From Vicinamibacterales bacterium (GTDB taxonomy: Bacteria > Acidobacteriota > Vicinamibacteria > Vicinamibacterales > UBA8438), in the NCBI GenBank assembly GCA_965204175.1, contig OZ241978.1, positions 775,741 through 839,740 of the forward strand: DNA of 64,000 nt. Reading direction: 5' to 3'. Position 1 is the first letter of the stretch; every line of letters begins with the position of its first letter. Of the stretch, positions 17,004-25,574 are shown piece after piece. The notes under the pieces were generated by a model. It worked only from the letters and a program-made list of their open reading frames with translations. It ran no database searches and was not told the origin of the DNA. Made by a program: the position numbers and the translations under genes.

Positions 17004-18280
17004 CGACCGTCCGAGACCGATGGGCCTGCGCGCGGCGGCGGCTCGGACCGCGGCGGCCGGCCCGTACGCGCCGGCTCGCACGAGGAGGCCGTCTGCCGGG
17101 CGCGCTGCTCGCCGCGTTGCTCGTCCTCGTACCGCACACGACGGCGGCCCAATCCGGTTGGCTCACCGGCTACGTGCTGACGGTGCCGCTGTTCAGCGGT
17201 TCGACGGCCCTGTCCGACAGCAACGCCAGCAACTTCAACCGCTTCCGGCTGTCCACCGAGCAGGGAGTCGGTCCGTTGTTTTTCGAGGCGGCGTACGAGC
17301 ACGCCGTCACCTTCCAGCAGAACGCTACGCCGCTGAACCTCGGCCTCGGCGGGTTGACCGCCATCCAGAGCGGCGGCGAGTGGCTCGACCTGCAGGGCAC
17401 GATCTCGCGCCGCGACCACGAGCACATGCTGTGGCGCCACCGCTTCGACCGGCTCAGCGTGGCCTGGGCGCCCACCGAGGCGATGGAGCTGAGCGTCGGA
17501 CGGCAGGCGGTCTCGTGGGGCACGACTCAGATCTTCACGCCGGCGGATCCGTTCCCCGCCTTCAGTCCCACCGACCCGTTCCAGGTGTTCCGGGCCGGCG
17601 TCGACGCGGCGCGCCTGCGCATCTACCCGAGCGCGCTGAGCGAGATCGACATCGTGTTCCGGCCGAGCCGCACGGCGGTGGGCGAAGAGGTCACCGCCCT
17701 CGCGCGGGGCTTCGCCACGTGGAAGAACTGGGGGCTGTCGGCGTGGGGCGGCACGCTCTACGGCGACCCGACCGGCGCGGTGGGCGCGTCGGGCGGCATT
17801 GGGCCCTGGGCGGTCAATTTCGAGGCGGTCGTCCGCGACTACCACGGGACGGTCGTGGGGCGGGGCGCGATCGGGACGTTCCGGCTGTTCCAGGTCGCCG
17901 ACCGGGATCTCACCATCGCGGTGGAGTACCAGCGTGACGGCCGGGGCGCGGACGGACCCGACGAGCTGCTCATCGTGCTCCAGTCCCGCGAGTTCCGCCG
18001 CGGCGAGTACCAGGTGTTCGGCCGGGACGAGGCGGCCGTCACCGCGGCGTACCAAATTCATCCCCTCTGGAGCGTCACCGGCACGGCGATCTGGAATCTC
18101 AACGATCGCAGCGCGCTCGTCTTCCCCGGCTTCTCCTGGTCGGTGAGCAACGAGGCGTCGCTGGCCGGCGGCGTGTTCACCGGCACCGGCGCCGGCGACT
18201 TCGTGCCGGGACAGCCCCTGCCGTCGATCTACGGCCTCGCGGGGGTCACCGGCTACCTCTCGCTGACCTGGTACTTCTGA
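17000..18280 (+). CDS. Hypothetical outer-membrane beta-barrel-like protein, last gene of the Lol-like operon
   Basis: GTG at 17000 overlaps the ATPase stop (GTGA). Signal-like LPGALLAALLVLVPHTTAAQ, alternating beta-strand-like composition, and a terminal ..YLSLTWYF aromatic residue typical of OMPs. The exact start is uncertain. Confidence 0.6.
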   Translation: MTTVRDRWACARRRLGPRRPARTRRLARGGRLPGALLAALLVLVPHTTAAQSGWLTGYVLTVPLFSGSTALSDSNASNFNRFRLSTEQGVGPLFFEAAYEHAVTFQQNATPLNLGLGGLTAIQSGGEWLDLQGTISRRDHEHMLWRHRFDRLSVAWAPTEAMELSVGRQAVSWGTTQIFTPADPFPAFSPTDPFQVFRAGVDAARLRIYPSALSEIDIVFRPSRTAVGEEVTALARGFATWKNWGLSAWGGTLYGDPTGAVGASGGIGPWAVNFEAVVRDYHGTVVGRGAIGTFRLFQVADRDLTIAVEYQRDGRGADGPDELLIVLQSREFRRGEYQVFGRDEAAVTAAYQIHPLWSVTGTAIWNLNDRSALVFPGFSWSVSNEASLAGGVFTGTGAGDFVPGQPLPSIYGLAGVTGYLSLTWYF

Positions 18281-18526
18281 GTCCATCCGGCACGCTGCGT
18301 CGTTGCGGACTCGGCCCTGACCGCACCTCCCGGTGTCTGCATGTTCGTCCCCGAGCGCGCTCGCGCACGGGTCTGCGGTGGTGCTTCCGGAATCGCCCGG
18401 CGACTCTCGGGTCGGTTCCTGCGCACGAGCCGGTTGCGCGCCGTCGGCGTGGCTCGTCGAGCCTGGGACGTGCTATATATCAATGAAACCTATCAGCGTG
18501 ACATTCGTGGAGCTCCGGAGTCGGCA

Positions 18527-18775
18527 ATGGCGACAACCGCAAAACTCTTCTGGTCCGGGCGGTCGCAGGCGGTTCGTCTTCCGAAGGCGTTCCGCATGCC
18601 GGGTGACGAGGTACGCATTCGCAGGCAGGGCCGGGCGGTGGTGCTTGAACCGATCGCGGACGACTGGGCGTGGCTCGACGACATCGCAGGCAAGATGTCC
18701 GAGGATTTCTTCGCCGATGGAAGGCAGCAGCCGGAGCAACAGCAACGACCCGAGCTCGACAAGCTGTTCGAATGA
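18527..18775 (+). CDS. vapB: AbrB/SpoVT-fold antitoxin (VapB family)
   Basis: GGAG sits 6 nt upstream of the ATG at 18527. MATTAKLFWSGRSQAVRLPKAFRMPGDEVRIRRQGRAVVLEPI is the swapped-hairpin AbrB-type motif. Confidence 0.8.
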   Translation: MATTAKLFWSGRSQAVRLPKAFRMPGDEVRIRRQGRAVVLEPIADDWAWLDDIAGKMSEDFFADGRQQPEQQQRPELDKLFE

Positions 18776-18942
18776 TGAGCTACCGCCTGGACGCCAATGC
18801 CTGCATCGGCCTGCTGAACCGCACGAGTCAGTCCCTGTGGGCTCGCACACGTCGCCACGCGGCGTCCGAGATTGGCTTGCCGGCGCTCGTTGCCCACGAG
18901 CAGAAGATCCTTGCGTTAGACCCGCCTGCCGAGCGATCATGA
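18772..18942 (+). pseudogene. Truncated PIN-domain toxin (vapC remnant, ~56 codons)
   Basis: ATGA overlap with vapB. MMSYRLDANACIGLLNRTS.. is a PIN N-terminus, but the ORF ends after ~56 aa and the next gene starts at 19005, so there is no room for a ~130-aa PIN domain. Confidence 0.55.
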
Positions 18943-19004
18943 CGCGTCTCGGTCGGCCGAGGCACGGTGTGTTCGTGCGTCGAGTCGTCCTGGAGGAGAG
19001 GTAG

Positions 19005-20000
19005 ATGCGCCACAGATTTCCTGGATCGGCAATCGTCGCGGCCGCGGCCGCGATCCTGGTAACGGCTGGCGTCGCCAGCGGCCAGTCCGGCGACGACAAG
19101 GCCTGGGAGCCGCCCCGCACGGCGGACGGCCAGCCCGACATCTCGGGCGTCTGGACCAACTTCGACCCGACGCCGTTCGAGGCGCCGGACGACGCAGACC
19201 TGGAGCGGCTGGCGCCGCTCGCGGCGTGGTTCCCCGGCAGCAACCGGCCGCAACGGGCGCCCGCGATGCCGGCTTCCGAGGCGGACAGGCGGCGTCCGCC
19301 GCAGGGGCCCTGGGGCGACGGGCCGGGCAGCGCGCCGCGCAACGCGCGCCGGCGGTCCATGGTGGTCGAGCCGTCCAACGGCCGGATTCCGGTGCGCGAT
19401 CACGCGCGCGCGACGCGAGACTACAACCTCATCCACCTGACCGATTCCTACATGAACCACACGCCGTGGGAGCGGTGCATCACCCGCGGGGTGCCCGGGG
19501 GGATCTTCCCGCCGGGCTACGGCGCCGGCTACCGCATCCTCCAGACGCCGGGCTACGTCGTCATCCTCTACGAGATGATCCACGAGGCGCGGATCATCCC
19601 GATCGACGGCCGCCCGCTGCCGTCGGGGAAGATCCGGAGTTGGAACGGGGCGTCGCGCGGCCGCTGGGAAGGGAACACCCTCGTGGTCGAGGTGGGCAAC
19701 TACAACTCCAAGGGCGCGATTGCGACGAACATCGCGACGCGGGGCGCCCGCGGGCTGCCGCGCACCGAGGATCTGCGGGTCGTGGAGCGGTTCACCATCG
19801 CCGGCCCCGACACCCTGGAGTACGAGGTGACGATCGAGGATCCCGCCATCTACACCGGCACCTGGAAGGTGGCGATGCCACTGAACCGCGACAGCACCTA
19901 CACCCTGTTCGAGTATGCCTGCCACGAGGGGAACTACGGCTTGGCGAACAGCCTGAGCGCGGGCCGGGCCGAGGATCGCGAGGCAGCGGAGGGACGGTAG
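19005..20000 (+). CDS. Conserved uncharacterised secreted protein (paralogue of 61237..62277)
   Basis: Signal peptide. The two copies in this window share ADG.PD..GVW, ..VVIL.EM.H.ARI.P.DGR, GRWEG.TLVVE and LFEYACHEGNYG. Confidence 0.75.
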   Translation: MRHRFPGSAIVAAAAAILVTAGVASGQSGDDKAWEPPRTADGQPDISGVWTNFDPTPFEAPDDADLERLAPLAAWFPGSNRPQRAPAMPASEADRRRPPQGPWGDGPGSAPRNARRRSMVVEPSNGRIPVRDHARATRDYNLIHLTDSYMNHTPWERCITRGVPGGIFPPGYGAGYRILQTPGYVVILYEMIHEARIIPIDGRPLPSGKIRSWNGASRGRWEGNTLVVEVGNYNSKGAIATNIATRGARGLPRTEDLRVVERFTIAGPDTLEYEVTIEDPAIYTGTWKVAMPLNRDSTYTLFEYACHEGNYGLANSLSAGRAEDREAAEGR

Positions 20001-20004
20001 GCAC

Positions 20005-22584
20005 ATGACGTTCCAAGCGCGGCGCGAACGGAATCACCGGCGTGCGGCGGAGCCGCGCAGAAGCGCGTGGTGGTCGGCCGCGGTGTGGATGGTTGCCGCC
20101 GCCGTGGCGGGCGGGGTCTTCGCGGTCGTCGAGGCGGCCGGCGGGCCGGCGCCGGGTGAACCGGCCGCGGGCACGCCGCAGGCCGCCGGAGGACCCTCCG
20201 CGCAGCAGGCCTCGGCCGACCCGACGGCGGAGCCGCGCAGGATGTTCCGGCGGTACTGCATCGGTTGCCACAACGACCGCCTGCGGACTGCGGACCTCTC
20301 CATCGCGGCTCTCGATGTGGACAACGTCCCGGCCGATGCGGAGACCTGGGAGAAGGTGGTGACCCGGCTGCGGGCCGGATCGATGCCGCCTCCCGGACGT
20401 CCGCGGCCGGACGAGGGGACCTACCGGCACGTGGCGGGGTGGCTGGAATCCGAGCTGGACGGCGCCTGGGCGGCCGCGCCCTACCCGGGGCGGATCAACG
20501 CCATCCACCGCATCAACCGCACCGAGTACCGCAACGCCATCCGCGACCTGTTCGCGCTCGACGTCGACGTCGAGTCGCTGCTGCCGGGCGACGAGACCGC
20601 GGACGGCAGCTTCGACAACTTCGCCGACGTGCTCGGGCTGTCGACCGCGCACATCGAGCGCTATCTGTCCGTCGCGCGGCAGGTGACCCGGCTGGCGACG
20701 GGACTGCCGCCGCCGAGTCCCGGCGCCGACACGTTCGAGATCTCGATCCACGTCGTGCAGGACACCCGGCAGGGAGACGATCTGCCGCTGGGGTCGCGCG
20801 GCGGGGTCGCCATCCCGTACCAGTTCCCGGTCGACGGGGTGTACCGCGTCAAGGTGCTGCTGCGCCGCCAGTACCAGGACTACCTGATGGGAATGGGCTG
20901 GCCGCAGTGGCTCGACGTCCGCGTGGACGGCCGGCTGGTGAAGCGCTTCACGGTAGGCGGCAACGTACCCGGGCGACCGGTGGCCGCCAGCTATGCCGGC
21001 GACGGCGAGCCCGGCTTCGCGGGCGCCGTCGAGTGGGAAGCGTTCATGCAGCGCACCGGCGACGCCGACCTCGAGGTGGACGTGCCGGTCGACGCCGGCC
21101 CGCACGTCGTCGGGGTTTCGTTCGTCCGCCAGTTGTGGGAGCCCGAGGGGCTGCCCCAGCCGCTGCAGCGGGGCCGCGTGCTGACGAACGACCAGATCTA
21201 CATGGGCTACGCGGCGGTCCGCTCGGTCGAGATCGGCGGGCCGTACCTGGTGGCCGACACGGTGACCGAGACGCCGAGCCGGCGGGCCATCTTCACCTGC
21301 GAGCCGAGCGATGTCGGCGAGGAGCGCGCCTGCGCCACCGACATCCTCTCGCCGATCGCCCGCCGCGCGTTCCGCCGGCCGGTGACGGACGGTGAAGTCG
21401 ACTCCCTGCTGCGCTTCTTCGACGAGGGGCGGGCGGCGGGCAGCTTCGAGGCGGGCATTCAGTTTGCGCTCGAGCGGATCCTGGTCGATCCCGACTTCCT
21501 GCTGCGCGTCTACCGCGATCCGATCGACCTGGACCGGACCACGTATGCGCTGAGCGACCTGGAACTGGCCTCCCGCCTGTCGTTCTTCCTCTGGAGCAGC
21601 ATTCCTGACGAGCAGCTTCTGCAGTTGGCCGAGGAGGGGCGCTTGAGCGACCCGGCGGTCCTGGAGCAGCAGGTGCGGCGCATGCTTCTCGATCCGCGCG
21701 CGACCGCGGCCATCGTCGAGGACTTCGCGTCGCAGTGGCTCAACCTGCGGCGCGTCGGCGAGGTCGTGGTCGACCCGGTGCAGTATCCGCACTACGACGA
21801 GAGCCTGCTGAAGGCGTTCGAGGAAGAGGTCATCCGCTTCGTAGCGAGCACGCTGACCGAGGACCGCAGCGTGCACGACCTGCTCGACGCCGACTACACG
21901 TTCGTCAACGAGCGGCTCGCGCGCCATTACGGTTTGCCGGGCATCTACGGCAACCGGTTCCGGCGGGTGACGTGGCCGAACACCGATCAGCGCGGCGGTC
22001 TGCTGGCGGCCGGGGCGCTGCTGGCCACGACGTCGTACCCGGATCGGACATCCCCGGTGCTGCGCGGGAAGTGGCTGGTTGACAACATCTTCGGGCTGCC
22101 GGTGCCGGCGCCGCCGGCCGGCGTCAACACGGACCTGGAGGAGACGCCGGGCGAGGTCCCGGCGACGATCCGCGAGCGTCTCGCGCGCCACCGGCAGAGC
22201 CCGACCTGCGCGAGCTGCCACGCGGTGATCGATCCGCTCGGCTTCGCGCTGGAGAACTTCGACGTGATCGGCGGCTGGCGCGAGGTCGACGAGCAGGGCC
22301 GGCCGATCGACAGTGCCGGCACGACCACCGGCGGGGTGCCGGTGAACGGGCTGCCGGGCCTGCGTGCGCTGCTGCTCGACGACCCGGAGCAGTTTCCGCG
22401 GACCCTGACCGAGAAGCTCCTGGCCTACGCCCTCGGGCGGCGGCTGGAGCACTACGATCGGCCCGCGGTGCGGCAGATCGTGCGCGACGCGGCGGCGTCG
22501 GAGTATCGTTGGTCGGCGATCGTCGCGGGCATCGTGCGGAGCCCGCAGTTCACGATGCGGGCCGGCCCCACGGCGGCGAACTAG
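20005..22584 (+). CDS. DUF1587/DUF1592/DUF1595/DUF1588/DUF1585 multi-domain protein with N-terminal haem-c-like CxxCH
   Basis: CIGCHN motif near the N-terminus. Family-typical strings: LASRLSFFLWSSIPDEQLL, DYTFVNERLARHYG, TSPVLRGKWLVDNIFG, ASCHAVIDPLGFALENFD. Confidence 0.9.
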   Translation: MTFQARRERNHRRAAEPRRSAWWSAAVWMVAAAVAGGVFAVVEAAGGPAPGEPAAGTPQAAGGPSAQQASADPTAEPRRMFRRYCIGCHNDRLRTADLSIAALDVDNVPADAETWEKVVTRLRAGSMPPPGRPRPDEGTYRHVAGWLESELDGAWAAAPYPGRINAIHRINRTEYRNAIRDLFALDVDVESLLPGDETADGSFDNFADVLGLSTAHIERYLSVARQVTRLATGLPPPSPGADTFEISIHVVQDTRQGDDLPLGSRGGVAIPYQFPVDGVYRVKVLLRRQYQDYLMGMGWPQWLDVRVDGRLVKRFTVGGNVPGRPVAASYAGDGEPGFAGAVEWEAFMQRTGDADLEVDVPVDAGPHVVGVSFVRQLWEPEGLPQPLQRGRVLTNDQIYMGYAAVRSVEIGGPYLVADTVTETPSRRAIFTCEPSDVGEERACATDILSPIARRAFRRPVTDGEVDSLLRFFDEGRAAGSFEAGIQFALERILVDPDFLLRVYRDPIDLDRTTYALSDLELASRLSFFLWSSIPDEQLLQLAEEGRLSDPAVLEQQVRRMLLDPRATAAIVEDFASQWLNLRRVGEVVVDPVQYPHYDESLLKAFEEEVIRFVASTLTEDRSVHDLLDADYTFVNERLARHYGLPGIYGNRFRRVTWPNTDQRGGLLAAGALLATTSYPDRTSPVLRGKWLVDNIFGLPVPAPPAGVNTDLEETPGEVPATIRERLARHRQSPTCASCHAVIDPLGFALENFDVIGGWREVDEQGRPIDSAGTTTGGVPVNGLPGLRALLLDDPEQFPRTLTEKLLAYALGRRLEHYDRPAVRQIVRDAAASEYRWSAIVAGIVRSPQFTMRAGPTAAN

Positions 22585-22658
22585 CGGCCGCCCGCTGGCT
22601 GCGGCGGGCTTGGCCGGAAGTCGAGACGGCGAGTGACGGCACAGAGGAGACGGCGGAC

Positions 22659-23993
22659 ATGACCTTGACCAACAAGTCGTTGCCACGGCGGACCGTTCTC
22701 AGAGGCATCGGGGCGACGCTCGCGCTGCCGTTCCTCGACGCGATGGCCCCGGCGATATCCGCCGCGCGGGCCGCGGCGAAGCCCGCGCCGCGTTTCCAGG
22801 CGTTCTACGTCCCCAACGGGATGGCGATGCCGTACTGGACGCCGAAGGGAGAGGGGACGGACTTCGAGATATCGCCCATCCTCGAGCCGCTCGCCCCGTT
22901 CCGCGACCAGATGATCGTGCTCTCCGGGCTCAACGCAAGCTGGAACTACATCCACGCCGGCGCTTCGGGCTCGTTCCTGACCGGCATGACGCAGGGCGGC
23001 CGCAACGAGACGGAGATCCTCGGCGAGGTGTCGATGGACCAGTTGCTCGCGCGGCACTTCGCCCGCGAGACCCAGGTGGCGTCGCTCGCGGTCGCCCTTG
23101 ACCGGCCCAACAACGCCGGCGCGTGCACCGGCAACCTGAGCTGCGTCTACACGCATACGATCTCGTGGCGCAGCAAGACCCAGCCGCTCCCGATGGAGTG
23201 GAATCCCCGGGCCGTCTTCGAGACGCTCTTCGGCGACAGCGGCAGCACCGACCGCGAGTCGCGGCAGGCCCGGATGCGCCAGCACAAGAGCCTGCTGGAC
23301 GCGGTGACCGGCAAGCTCGCCGACCTGAAGCGCGAGCTGGGCGTGCACGACCAGGTGAAGCTGGACGAGTACACCGAGTCGGTGCGCGACGTCGAGCGGC
23401 GGATCCAGCGGGCGGAAGAGCAGAGCGACCTGGAGCTGCCCGAGATGCGGCAGCCGCAGGGCGCGCCGCCGGCCTTCGAGGATCACCTGGAGTTGATGCT
23501 CGACCTGCAGCTCCTGGCGTTCCAGTCGGACCTGACCCGGGTCGTCACGTTCATGATCGGCAAGGAGCAGAGCGCGCGCCCCTACCCGCAGATCGGCGTG
23601 CCGGAGGCGCACCATCCGCTGTCGCACCACAACAACCTGCCGGAGCTGGTCGCGCACATGTCGAAGATCAACCGCTACCACGCGGAGCTCTTCTCGAAGT
23701 ACGTGGCGAAGCTGCGGGCGACCCCGGACGGCGACGGCAACCTGCTCGACCACACCACCATCATGTACGGGACGGGACTTTCGAACAGCACGCGCCACTC
23801 CGGCGACAACCTGCCCATCATGCTGATCGGCGGCGGCGCCGGCCGGCTGCCGAGCGGACGGCACATCAGGTACGGGAACGGGCCGTCGCTGGCCAACCTG
23901 CTGCTCACGTTGATGGACAAGATGGACGTCCCGGTCGAGCGTGTCGGGGGCAGCACCGGGCGTCTGCCGCTCGAGTCGCTCGCCGACCTGTAG
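22659..23993 (+). CDS. DUF1552 domain protein (Tat-signal), partner of the DUF1592 protein
   Basis: GAGGAG sits upstream of the ATG at 22659. LPRRTVLRGIGATLALPFLDAM twin-arginine-like leader, ..HHPLSHHNN.. and ..MLIGGGAG.. strings. Confidence 0.9.
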   Translation: MTLTNKSLPRRTVLRGIGATLALPFLDAMAPAISAARAAAKPAPRFQAFYVPNGMAMPYWTPKGEGTDFEISPILEPLAPFRDQMIVLSGLNASWNYIHAGASGSFLTGMTQGGRNETEILGEVSMDQLLARHFARETQVASLAVALDRPNNAGACTGNLSCVYTHTISWRSKTQPLPMEWNPRAVFETLFGDSGSTDRESRQARMRQHKSLLDAVTGKLADLKRELGVHDQVKLDEYTESVRDVERRIQRAEEQSDLELPEMRQPQGAPPAFEDHLELMLDLQLLAFQSDLTRVVTFMIGKEQSARPYPQIGVPEAHHPLSHHNNLPELVAHMSKINRYHAELFSKYVAKLRATPDGDGNLLDHTTIMYGTGLSNSTRHSGDNLPIMLIGGGAGRLPSGRHIRYGNGPSLANLLLTLMDKMDVPVERVGGSTGRLPLESLADL

Positions 23994-24048
23994 GCGGAAG
24001 CAGCATCCGGGAGTTGCGTCGAGAGCAGGCGCCAGGAGGAGCACAGCG

Positions 24049-25536
24049 ATGCGTACCAGCCTGTCCGTTGCCGCCGGTCCAACGCGGCGGGCGGTCGTCA
24101 AGCCGGGCGCCGGGCGTCGCGTGCGCGTCGGGTCGGCCGGTGCCGGCGTCGTCGTGCTCGCAGCGGTTCTCCTCTTCGCGGCGCTCGATGCGGCGGCGCA
24201 GGTCGTCGAGCCGGTGCCGGCCGATGTATCGGAATCCGATGCCGCGCCGGGCCTGATCGAGGCGGTCAAGGCGGGTGACGCCGCCCGGGTCCGGGCGCTG
24301 TTGGAGTCCGGTGTCGATGCCGATGCGGCCCAGTTGGACGGCTCGTCGGCGCTGCTCTGGGCGAGCCACCGCGACGATGTCGAGACCGTCCGGCTGTTGA
24401 TCGAAGCCGGCGCCGATGCGAGCGCCGGGAACGATCTGGGTGCTACCCCGCTCTGGGCGGCCAGCGAGAACGGCAGCACCGCCGTCCTGCGCATGCTGCT
24501 GGAGGCCGGCGCCGACCCGAACCGCGAGCTCCTGAGCGGCGAGACGCCGGTCATGGTGGCCGCCCGGGCCGGCAGCGCGGAGGTGGTTCGGCAACTGGCC
24601 GCGGCCGGTGCCGACCTCGACCGGCAAGGCTCGCGGGGGCAGACGGCCCTGATGTGGGCGGCGGCGCAGCGCCATCCGGACGTTGTCCAGGCACTGCTGG
24701 ACGACGGCGCCGACCTGAGCGTTCGCTCGGACGTCTGGACGCAGGTCATGGCGGTGCCCCCGCACAGCCGGCCGGAGTACAACCGCGAGATCCCCCACGG
24801 CGGCAACACCGCGTTGCTGTTCGCCGTCCGCGCCGGCGACCTGCCGTCGGCACGGGTGCTGGTGGCCGTAGGCGCCGACGTCGACGACGCGGACGCCTGG
24901 GGAGTCAGCGCGGTCGTGCTGGCGGCCCACGGCGGCCACCGCGGGCTGTTGGAGTTCCTCCTCGACAACGGCGCCGATCCGAACGCCGCCGATGCCGGCT
25001 TCGCGGCGCTCCACGACGCGGTGATGCGAAACGACAGCCGGATGGTCGCCGCCCTGCTCGCGCACGGGGCCGATCCCAACCAGCCGTTGCTGACGTGGAC
25101 GCCGACCCGCCGCGCGTCGCGCGATCACCACTACCCGCCGCCGTTCGTCGGCGCCACCCCCTTCTGGCTCGCCGCCCGGTTCGCGCGTGTCGACCTGATG
25201 CGAATGCTCGCCGATCACGGCGCCGACCCGCACTTCGTGCACGAGGTCGACTACATCGTCGACGGCCGCATGCAGTGGCAGACCGAGCGCACCACGGCCC
25301 TGATGGCGGCTTTCGGGATGGCCGGCCGCCGCGCCCGCCCGTGGGTGCCGTACAGCGGTGCTCCCACGGCCGAATTGCGAACCCTCGAAGCCGTCATGTT
25401 AGCCGTCGAGCTCGGCATCGACGTGAATGCGGTCGACGCCACCGGGCGCACCGTGCTCGACGAGGCCGAGGCGCTGCAGTACGAGAGCGTCGTCGAGTAT
25501 CTGGTCGCGGTGGGCGCCGAGCCCGGGGCAAACTAG
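24049..25536 (+). CDS. Ankyrin-repeat protein (membrane-anchored/secreted)
   Basis: AGGAGGA lies upstream of the ATG at 24049. Repeated G.T(P/A)L..A...G....V..LL..GAD.N units occur throughout. Confidence 0.85.
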   Translation: MRTSLSVAAGPTRRAVVKPGAGRRVRVGSAGAGVVVLAAVLLFAALDAAAQVVEPVPADVSESDAAPGLIEAVKAGDAARVRALLESGVDADAAQLDGSSALLWASHRDDVETVRLLIEAGADASAGNDLGATPLWAASENGSTAVLRMLLEAGADPNRELLSGETPVMVAARAGSAEVVRQLAAAGADLDRQGSRGQTALMWAAAQRHPDVVQALLDDGADLSVRSDVWTQVMAVPPHSRPEYNREIPHGGNTALLFAVRAGDLPSARVLVAVGADVDDADAWGVSAVVLAAHGGHRGLLEFLLDNGADPNAADAGFAALHDAVMRNDSRMVAALLAHGADPNQPLLTWTPTRRASRDHHYPPPFVGATPFWLAARFARVDLMRMLADHGADPHFVHEVDYIVDGRMQWQTERTTALMAAFGMAGRRARPWVPYSGAPTAELRTLEAVMLAVELGIDVNAVDATGRTVLDEAEALQYESVVEYLVAVGAEPGAN

Positions 25537-25574
25537 GAACTGCGCCGCAGAGCGGCAGCCGCGAAGTCGCGCTG

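Noticed and set aside
13620-18286. Three long minus-strand ORFs (13620..15548, 14818..16293, 16595..18286)
   Set aside because: They are antisense shadows of the FtsX/FtsX/ABC/barrel operon. They have no motifs and extreme Arg/Pro/Gly content.
19792-25079. 964-aa and 832-aa minus-strand ORFs (19792..22686, 22581..25079)
   Set aside because: They are antisense to the DUF1592, DUF1552 and ankyrin genes, all of which carry recognisable family strings.
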